A stretch of DNA of 47,337 nucleotides from an uncultured Candidatus Saccharibacteria bacterium (lineage in GTDB: Bacteria > Patescibacteriota > Minisyncoccia > UBA6257 > 02-FULL-45-10c), in NCBI GenBank assembly GCA_964355085.1, contig CAYHBW010000004.1:1-47337 (forward strand), read 5' to 3'. Under the pieces are notes generated by a model. The model did not search any database and was not told where the DNA came from. It saw only the letters and a list, made by a program, of their open reading frames with translations. This document shows positions 8,299 through 14,910 of this stretch, one piece after another (positions within the stretch are counted from its first letter, which is position 1; each line of letters begins with the position of its first letter). The position numbers and the translations under genes were made by a program.

Positions 8299-9425
8299 TC
8301 AATTTTCTTAAAAACATACTTCAGCCGGCAAGTATGCTCTCCGGAATAATCATCGGGGCGGGAGTTTTCTCCCTCCCTTATGTTTTTTTATCCGCCGGTC
8401 TTGCGACAAGCTTTTTTTATCTCGGTTTTTTCGGATTGATCTATATATTCCTCTATTTCATCTACGCCGACATCATAGTCCGTACGGCCGGCGAGCACCG
8501 CTTTGTCGGTTATGCGGATATATACCTGGGAAAAGCCGGACTTTCAATCTCCCTCCTCATCGGACTTTTACAGCTTTTTTTTGTGATGACGATTTATCTC
8601 ATTCTTGCGCCGAGTTTTTCCAAGCTTTTCATCGGCGGCGATGCCGTTTATCATCTGTTCGCATTCTGGTTGGCGGGATCGGCTCTGATTTTTCTGGACA
8701 GCAGAAAACTGGCATTTTCGGAGTTCCTCATAGTCATAGGGATCGCACTTATAATGGCGCTGATATTTTTCCTGGGATTACCGGCGTTCATTTTTTCCGG
8801 CATTTCTTTCGGTTCCCTTGATTTGTCGAAATTCCTTTCAGTCGGACCGATTCTTTTCGCCCTTTCCGGTAGTCTGGCGGTTCCGGAAATATTCGGTTAT
8901 TTCCGAGACGCTAAAATCCCTCTTTCCTATATGAAAAACTCCCTTGCGCTCGGCGGATTTGTTCCGATTTTGGCATACGGAGGTTTTGTAATGGGGATAA
9001 TCGGTCTTTCCGGAGTTGTCTCCGAAGATTCCGTTTCCGGCCTGATCGGAAATGTGCCGGATATCCTGCTTTGGCTGGTGGGGATTCTCGGAATTTTTTC
9101 GCTTGTGAGTTCCTATATAATTGTCGGTACGAATGTCAGAAAAATAATCCGGCAGGATCTGAAAATGCAGGCATTGGCAGGCGGATCAGCCGCTGTTTTT
9201 CTGCCGATTGCTCTTTATTTCGCCGGTTTCCAGAGTTTTTTGGGTGCGGTTTCGTTCGTCGGAACTTTATTTTTGCCGATGGAGAGCATTCTGCTGATTC
9301 TCATCTGGCTTCAGGTGAATAAAATATCCAAAGTTCCGCCGATGTTCGCCGGCCGATGGACCAGGATCGCTGTTCCGGTGATCTTATTCGTGTTTTTTGT
9401 CAGTCTCTTTTATGCGATACTATAA
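8295..9425 (+). CDS. polytopic membrane protein, amino-acid-transporter-like
   Basis: 376 aa, about 10-11 hydrophobic segments. N-terminal IIGAGVFSLPYVF resembles amino acid permease motifs. ATGA overlap with the mgtC-like gene. Confidence 0.55.
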   Translation: MINFLKNILQPASMLSGIIIGAGVFSLPYVFLSAGLATSFFYLGFFGLIYIFLYFIYADIIVRTAGEHRFVGYADIYLGKAGLSISLLIGLLQLFFVMTIYLILAPSFSKLFIGGDAVYHLFAFWLAGSALIFLDSRKLAFSEFLIVIGIALIMALIFFLGLPAFIFSGISFGSLDLSKFLSVGPILFALSGSLAVPEIFGYFRDAKIPLSYMKNSLALGGFVPILAYGGFVMGIIGLSGVVSEDSVSGLIGNVPDILLWLVGILGIFSLVSSYIIVGTNVRKIIRQDLKMQALAGGSAAVFLPIALYFAGFQSFLGAVSFVGTLFLPMESILLILIWLQVNKISKVPPMFAGRWTRIAVPVILFVFFVSLFYAIL

Positions 9426-9473
9426 AGGTAACCATTAAAGTCGAAAGTCCACGAAGTTAAAATAAATAAAAAT

Positions 9474-9980
9474 ATGTCCAAGAAACCAAATACAAAAGGA
9501 GGAATACTTTCCACCCCAAGAAAAACAAAAGAAGCGCATGCGAAAAAAGGCCTTGTGATCTGCGAGAGCTGCGATATCTATAATTTCAAGAAGGGCTGGC
9601 ATCATGACGCGGATTCTTTTGTGTCCAAGCGGGAAAGCAAGGATATTCCGGTCAGCTTCGCTCTTTGCCCGGCCTGCGCGATGATTAACGGCAAAAGATA
9701 CGGCGGGAAAGTCATGGTCAAAAATATTCCGCCTGCGCAGAAAAAAGATCTTATGAATATGGTAAAAGGATATTGCGACCGCGCTTTCAGCCAGGATCCG
9801 CTCGACCGTCTCATCGGAGTCGTTCAGGACGGAAATTCGCTTGTCATCACTGTCACGAAAAATCAGCTTGCCCAGCGGCTGGCCAAAAAAATAAAAGACG
9901 CCTTCAACAAGGTGAAAGTCTCCAATTTGAATATGCGCGAGCAGGGAGATGTCGCGAATATCACTGTTGAGTTTTTGTAA
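9474..9980 (+). CDS. hypothetical zinc-ribbon protein (possibly NMD3-like)
   Basis: 168 aa with two CxxC pairs (CESC, CPAC). The family assignment is uncertain. Confidence 0.5.
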   Translation: MSKKPNTKGGILSTPRKTKEAHAKKGLVICESCDIYNFKKGWHHDADSFVSKRESKDIPVSFALCPACAMINGKRYGGKVMVKNIPPAQKKDLMNMVKGYCDRAFSQDPLDRLIGVVQDGNSLVITVTKNQLAQRLAKKIKDAFNKVKVSNLNMREQGDVANITVEFL

Positions 9981-10023
9981 AATTAATATAATCTTAGGTG
10001 TACAGGCCTGCCCCTGCACCTAT

Positions 10024-10095
10024 GTCCCCATAGCTTAATGGATAAAGCGTAGCCCTCCGAAGGCTGAGATTGTGGTTCGATTCCACATGGGGACA
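10024..10095 (+). tRNA. tRNA-Arg (anticodon CCG)
   Basis: Cloverleaf folded by hand: acceptor GTCCCCA/TGGGGAC, anticodon stem TAGCC/GGCTG, loop CTCCGAA, T-arm GTGGT-TCGATTC-CACAT region. CCA is not encoded. Confidence 0.9.
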
Positions 10096-10112
10096 CAAAT
10101 TATTTAACATAG

Positions 10113-10141
10113 GTGTCGGGGTTCGATTCCTGTCGAGGACA
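10113..10141 (+). pseudogene. tRNA 3'-end fragment (T-loop plus acceptor 3' strand only)
   Basis: CGGGGTTCGATTCCTGTCGAGGACA resembles the 3' end of the Arg tRNAs in this window, but the T-stem is degenerate and there is no 5' half. Confidence 0.55.
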
Positions 10142-10182
10142 CAAAGCCCTCTCTCCGAGCCGTTGGCTCTACGAGCCGGAGG

Positions 10183-10223
10183 CCGAAGGATGAGATCGAG
10201 GTTCGATCCCTAGCTAGGATCCA
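10183..10223 (+). pseudogene. tRNA-Arg(CCG)-like 3' half fragment (anticodon loop to 3' end)
   Basis: CCGAAGGATGAGATCGAGGTTCGATCCC aligns with CCGAAGGCTGAGATTGTGGTTCGATTCC of the intact tRNA at 10024-10095. No matching 5' acceptor strand is present. Confidence 0.55.
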
Positions 10224-10299
10224 GATTTGACTTTGGCTTGATTTTCTGTTAATATATTCATCAGTAGTTGATGTTCCTTGAAAAGGAGGCGCGGCAATG
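10221..10299 (+). promoter_or_regulatory. promoter plus conserved 5' leader module, copy 1
   Basis: CCAGATTTGACT, TTGACT 10227-10232, 17-nt spacer, TAATAT 10250-10255. Then ATCAGTAGTTGATGTTCCTTGAAAAGGAG before ATG 10297. Confidence 0.65.
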
Positions 10300-10560
10300 A
10301 AAAGAGTCTTAGGTTTGGTTTTGGTCACATTAATTTTTGCTGGATGCAAACAAGACCCAGTTTCCAAATCACGAACTAATAATCCAAAGATTGATGCGGA
10401 AATTTTGTTTGATTATGATGGTTGTCGAGTTTACCGATTTGTTGACGGTGGTTATGAGCGTTATTTTGCCCGCTGCAGTTCTTCAACAAGCACTTCATGG
10501 AATGAACAGCACGGAAAACATTCATCGCCAAGAGAGATAACAACTGTAGAAGAAAAGTAA
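10297..10560 (+). CDS. small lipoprotein (hypothetical)
   Basis: 87 aa. Signal peptide with lipobox LIFAGC, strong SD, terminator downstream. Confidence 0.7.
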   Translation: MKRVLGLVLVTLIFAGCKQDPVSKSRTNNPKIDAEILFDYDGCRVYRFVDGGYERYFARCSSSTSTSWNEQHGKHSSPREITTVEEK

Positions 10561-10568
10561 TAATTACC

Positions 10569-10604
10569 GACCGTTGGTTTTCTATATACCAACGGTCTTT
10601 TTTT
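10569..10604 (+). terminator. rho-independent terminator
   Basis: GACCGTTGG (10569-10577) / CCAACGGTC (10589-10597) followed by TTTTTTT. Confidence 0.75.
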
Positions 10605-10725
10605 ATAAACTATAGTGAGTTACGGGATGGAGTAAGTTTATGCATTGGCGTATTCTCTTAAATCTGGCATATAAACATATTCATTTTCCCGTTGGATGAT
10701 GGTTCTAACGTCATTTACAATGGCA

Positions 10726-10802
10726 CCCAGATTTGACTCTAAGTAAATTTTATCGTAATGTATCAATCAGTAGTTAATGCTCATTGAAAAGGAGATGAAA
10801 TG
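10726..10802 (+). promoter_or_regulatory. promoter plus conserved 5' leader module, copy 2
   Basis: CCCAGATTTGACT, TTGACT 10732-10737, 17-nt spacer, TAATGT 10755-10760. Then ATCAGTAGTTAATGCTCATTGAAAAGGAG before ATG 10800. Confidence 0.65.
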
Positions 10803-11222
10803 AAGGATCATGAAGATTTGGATAAATTTAGAAAGAAGTTGATAGATTTAGCCGTAGAAGAAGTGCGTGCAAGAATAGAGCATTTTGGAGTTATTTCTGA
10901 TGAACGGCTAAAGTATCGTTGGAATCTATCTGATGTAGAAAGAGAGCATGTGAAGAGTTGCAATTTGTGCAGGAGCAGAATGAATTTTTTATATCACAAT
11001 TCATCATCTGAAGAGCGCAAGCTGGTGATGAGAAAGGGACTTCAAAAGAGTCGTGAATTAACTCTTGCCGAAATTGAGGAGATGCTCAATTTAATTATTG
11101 AAGATGGAGTTCATCAAGAAGATTGCCCCTGTGAGTTGTTGATTGAGATTGTCAATAAATCTTTCGGTTGGAAAGTGCTTCCTCGTAGGCCGAATTTTAT
11201 AGAAAGAATTTTCGGATTCTGA
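10800..11222 (+). CDS. hypothetical protein
   Basis: 140 aa ORF with SD AAGGAG and its own terminator. No motif recognised. Confidence 0.6.
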   Translation: MKDHEDLDKFRKKLIDLAVEEVRARIEHFGVISDERLKYRWNLSDVEREHVKSCNLCRSRMNFLYHNSSSEERKLVMRKGLQKSRELTLAEIEEMLNLIIEDGVHQEDCPCELLIEIVNKSFGWKVLPRRPNFIERIFGF

Positions 11223-11233
11223 AAATATCAATC

Positions 11234-11258
11234 AAACGCTAACCAGGCGTTTTTTTAT
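11234..11258 (+). terminator. rho-independent terminator
   Basis: AAACGC-TAACCAG-GCGTTT followed by a T-tract. Confidence 0.6.
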
Positions 11259-11281
11259 TTTTTTAATGTTAAAATTAAATC

Positions 11282-11755
11282 ATGTTAAGGTTTTTATCAA
11301 AACTATTTTTCATAAGCTTCCTGCTTAATTTCACCTGGGAGATTTCCCAGATGGGATTTTACAGCACGCTCGGCATGGGTGATATTTCCGATTATTGGAA
11401 TTTTGTCCTGATCCACTGGCAAGTTTCTCTTAAAGATGCGCTCATGGTTGTTTTAGTTTGTTTAGCCATCGGACTTATTTTCAGAGACTTACCGTGGTTT
11501 AAAAATATAAATAAAAAATGGATACTATTACTTGCGCTGCCGATTTGGCAGGCGGTCATCGAGTATTATTCCGTCTATGTGTATGGAAGATGGGGATATG
11601 CGGAATCCATGCCGTTGATATCAGGAATAGGCCTTCTTCCGATTCTGCAGATGCTGATATTGCCAAGTATTGCGATATTGCTTTCCCGTGGAGTATTCTC
11701 TGATTCCTGTCTTCGGCATGTAAGTGCGTCTGCCCCGCAACATGCGGTGGAATAG
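11282..11755 (+). CDS. hypothetical membrane protein
   Basis: 157 aa with four hydrophobic helices. Confidence 0.55.
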   Translation: MLRFLSKLFFISFLLNFTWEISQMGFYSTLGMGDISDYWNFVLIHWQVSLKDALMVVLVCLAIGLIFRDLPWFKNINKKWILLLALPIWQAVIEYYSVYVYGRWGYAESMPLISGIGLLPILQMLILPSIAILLSRGVFSDSCLRHVSASAPQHAVE

Positions 11756-11842
11756 GCGAATAAGCGTATAAATTTTTAAACTTGCTTTAACTCTGTTCAT
11801 CGGATAACGTATAGTTAGTTTTCTTGACAGTTGAAAGGAGAA

Positions 11843-13147
11843 ATGAAAATCTTGAAAAGATCGGTTTTGGCGACCCTCGCCTGCTTATCTTTGGCATTCG
11901 GATATCTTGTGTATAAGCACGGCCATGTACTGGTCTATCTTTATGATTTTCCTAAACCGACGGAAGCGCAGGCGGAATATCCCGATTATGACTTTCGAAG
12001 TTTCGGGGCTTCCATAAAGGCCGGTTATGCGAAACGGGATATAACTCCCGGTCGTTTTTCCTGGGTGGCCGGTTTCATGCCGCCACACCCGGGTCTTTCC
12101 ATAAAGGACCGTCTTTGGGTGAAGAGTCTCGCGTTACGGGATAAAAACGGCGAAATTGCGGTTTTTGTTTCCTGCGATCTGATCGGTCTTTTGCCAGATG
12201 AGCTTAAGAAGATTTTTTCACTTGTGAAAAATGTTCCGAGGGATAGGATTTTCATCACTACGACCCATACGCATTCCGGTCCGGATACAATGGGTCTTTG
12301 GATCTGGAAAAACGAGAAGTACATGAGGCGTCTCCGTTCGCAGATCGCCGAAGCCATTGATTTTTCAGTCATTAAACTCACTGATTCGAAGATGAGATTC
12401 GGAACCGGCAGGTTAGACGGGCTGGTTAACGGAAGAGACGAGAATCCGCCTGACGGAACAGTCTCCGTCATTCAGGTCTTGTCTTCTTATCGGAACCGAT
12501 ATGATTCTGAAAATGAAATCGTTACGCTGGTGAATTTCGCCTGTCATCCGGATGTGGTTCAGGGATTGCAATTCACCGCGGACTTTCCGTATTTTCTGGA
12601 AAAGCGCCTCAAGGCCAGAGTCGGCGGCGAGGTGATGTTCATTCCGGGAGCTATCGGAGGAGTTCAGCCGAATACCGACCGTCGTTCCGGACATGATTTC
12701 GTCAGGAAATTAGGGGAAATGCTCGCCGATGAGGTCGTGTCTGCGATGAGTAAGCCGGATATTCCGCGCGACGCGAGCATCCGGATCAGGAAGTTGTCCG
12801 TCAGTGCGCCGTTCGAAAATACCGGCCTTTTGAAAAAAGCCGATGATTACGGATTGATTTCAAATATCCGGGACGGAAAAGGAGATGTTTCCTCCGAAGT
12901 CAGCCGGATTGACATAGGTCCGCTGAAAATCCTTACTGTGCCTGGCGAATTATTCCCGAAAATCTGGTGGAAGGTGAAAAGAGACGGGAGTACCCTGATG
13001 TTCGGACTGGCCAACGGCGAGTTCGGATATATTCTTCTTCCGGAGGATTACCATTCAGGAAAAAATGATTATCACGCGAGTGTTTCCGTCGGCCCGACAT
13101 TCGGGACGCGGATCCTCGAAGCGCTTGAGAAGCTGATGGTGGATTGA
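11843..13147 (+). CDS. neutral/alkaline ceramidase-like hydrolase, N-terminally membrane-anchored
   Basis: ATG 11843 follows AAAGGAG (the track starts at TTG 11831). Motifs ITPGRFSWVAGF, VFVSCDLIG and TTTHTHSGPD are typical of the ceramidase N-terminal domain family. Confidence 0.7.
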   Translation: MKILKRSVLATLACLSLAFGYLVYKHGHVLVYLYDFPKPTEAQAEYPDYDFRSFGASIKAGYAKRDITPGRFSWVAGFMPPHPGLSIKDRLWVKSLALRDKNGEIAVFVSCDLIGLLPDELKKIFSLVKNVPRDRIFITTTHTHSGPDTMGLWIWKNEKYMRRLRSQIAEAIDFSVIKLTDSKMRFGTGRLDGLVNGRDENPPDGTVSVIQVLSSYRNRYDSENEIVTLVNFACHPDVVQGLQFTADFPYFLEKRLKARVGGEVMFIPGAIGGVQPNTDRRSGHDFVRKLGEMLADEVVSAMSKPDIPRDASIRIRKLSVSAPFENTGLLKKADDYGLISNIRDGKGDVSSEVSRIDIGPLKILTVPGELFPKIWWKVKRDGSTLMFGLANGEFGYILLPEDYHSGKNDYHASVSVGPTFGTRILEALEKLMVD

Positions 13148-13150
13148 GGT

Positions 13151-13177
13151 GCCCCCGATTTTGGTCGGGGGATTTTT
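13151..13177 (+). terminator. rho-independent terminator (CCCCCGA / TCGGGGG hairpin)
   Basis: Stem 13152-13158 / 13165-13171, followed by TTTTT. Confidence 0.7.
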
Positions 13178-13219
13178 ATGCTTATGGAAATTTTATCCGT
13201 AATTCTTTATCCTTAATTC

Positions 13220-14473
13220 ATGAAGTTCGCTGCCGATCTGCACATACATTCCAAATATTCCAGGGCGGTTTCCCGCAGTATGATTCCGGAAGAACTGGAC
13301 CGCTGGGCTGATGACAAGGGGATTCTTGTCATGGGAACTGGGGATTTCACCCATCCGGCCTGGATTAAGGAAATAAAGGAAAAACTGGAGCCGGCGGAAC
13401 AAGGACTTTTCCGGCTGAAGAAAAAATATAAGCTTCCTACCATGAAGGGCTCTTTCGCCGATACCCGATTCATGCTTTCGGTGGAGATTTCCTGCATATA
13501 TTCCAGAGGCGGGAAAACCCGCCGCGTTCATCATGTAGTCATGGTTCCGGATATCGATTCGGCGGAAAAAATAAACAGACAGCTTTCCTTTGTCGGAAAA
13601 CTTGCTTCCGACGGCCGGCCGATCCTCGGTCTTGATTCCGAGGAGTTGGCGAATATAGTTTTCAGCGTCAATGAAAACGCGGTCATTGTTCCGGCCCATG
13701 CCTGGACACCGTGGTTCGGCGTTCTCGGGTCAATGTCCGGGTTCGATTCTCTTGAGGAGTGTTTCGGAAAATATACGGATAAAATTTTTGCGATTGAAAC
13801 AGGACTTTCGTCCGATCCCGGGATGAATTGGCGCGTTCCTATGCTGGATAAGATAGCGTTCATTTCCAATTCAGATTCCCATAGTCTTCAGCGAATAGGC
13901 CGGGAGATGAATATTTTCAACTGCGAACTTTCTTATGACGGAATCATGGATGCGATTAAATCCAGAAATCCGAAGAAATTTTTGAATACCGTGGAATTCT
14001 TTCCGGAAGAAGGCAAATATCATTACGACGGTCATCGCGCCTGCGGAGTGATGATGATTCCCGAAGAGAGTCGGAAGCTGAATGGAATATGCCCGAAATG
14101 CGGTAAAAAAATGACTCTCGGAGTTGTTTATCGCGTCGGAGAGCTGGCGGATAAAAACAGGCCGGATGGTTACAAGGATCCGAAGAGGGTGCCTTTCATG
14201 AATTTCGTGACTCTGGATTCGATAATCGGCGAAGCGCTGGATAAAGGGAGGGCGACAAAAACCGTAATGCGGGAGTATGAAAAACTCATAAAAGCATTCG
14301 GATCCGAATTCAATCTGCTCAATGATGTTCCGATAAAAGACATCGAAGTCGAGACGAATGAAATCATTGCCGAGGGCGTGAATCGCGTCCGGAGCGGAAA
14401 ACTCTCCATTTCTCCAGGATATGACGGGGAATTCGGGACGATAAAGATTTTCAATGACAATGAGAGGGGGTAA
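13220..14473 (+). CDS. endonuclease Q family protein (PHP domain plus zinc ribbon)
   Basis: 417 aa. N-terminal DLHIHSKYSRAVS and GTGDFTHP PHP motifs. CPKCGKKMTLGVVYRV zinc ribbon. Size and layout match archaeal EndoQ / TIGR00375. Confidence 0.75.
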   Translation: MKFAADLHIHSKYSRAVSRSMIPEELDRWADDKGILVMGTGDFTHPAWIKEIKEKLEPAEQGLFRLKKKYKLPTMKGSFADTRFMLSVEISCIYSRGGKTRRVHHVVMVPDIDSAEKINRQLSFVGKLASDGRPILGLDSEELANIVFSVNENAVIVPAHAWTPWFGVLGSMSGFDSLEECFGKYTDKIFAIETGLSSDPGMNWRVPMLDKIAFISNSDSHSLQRIGREMNIFNCELSYDGIMDAIKSRNPKKFLNTVEFFPEEGKYHYDGHRACGVMMIPEESRKLNGICPKCGKKMTLGVVYRVGELADKNRPDGYKDPKRVPFMNFVTLDSIIGEALDKGRATKTVMREYEKLIKAFGSEFNLLNDVPIKDIEVETNEIIAEGVNRVRSGKLSISPGYDGEFGTIKIFNDNERG

Positions 14474-14474
14474 A

Positions 14475-14497
14475 AGCGGTCCGGCGACCGTTTTTTA
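14475..14497 (+). terminator. rho-independent terminator
   Basis: CGGTC-CGGC-GACCG followed by TTTTTT. Confidence 0.6.
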
Positions 14498-14532
14498 TTT
14501 AAAGTCCGTAAGAGGGTATAATATAAGTGAAT

Positions 14533-14910
14533 ATGGATAAGATCATAAACATGCAATTTCTGGATATATCTTTTTTATATATAGCCACCCATCTCGGCAG
14601 GAGAGCCCTGGATTTTTTCCGTCATTGGTATGTTGACGGTTTTTTGCGGTCAGTGGACTGGACTCTCGGAATTTTGGAGCGTCTGGACAAGAAATTCGCC
14701 GTTAGGATAACCGTAAAAAATTGGTTTCAGCCGCTGTTTCAGGATTACACTTTGATAGGATACATCTGGGGATTTATTTTCAGGACAATCAGGATTTTCA
14801 TCGGTCTGTCGGTCTATCTGGCGTTCATACTGTCGGCCGCCATTTTATTCGCCGGTTGGGCGGCTTTCCCGCTGTTTGTAATTTATCAGATTTTTTCTAA
14901 TTTCAGATGA
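14533..14910 (+). CDS. hypothetical membrane protein, translationally coupled to the Clp-like ATPase
   Basis: About 125 aa with two C-terminal TM helices. The stop overlaps the next start (ATGA at 14907-14910). The track start is GTG 14527. Confidence 0.6.
   Translation: MDKIINMQFLDISFLYIATHLGRRALDFFRHWYVDGFLRSVDWTLGILERLDKKFAVRITVKNWFQPLFQDYTLIGYIWGFIFRTIRIFIGLSVYLAFILSAAILFAGWAAFPLFVIYQIFSNFR

Noticed and set aside
10104-10367. 87-aa minus-strand ORF across the tRNA-fragment region.
   Set aside because: It overlaps the tRNA-like fragments and the promoter/leader and start of the plus-strand lipoprotein gene. It has no SD and no motif.
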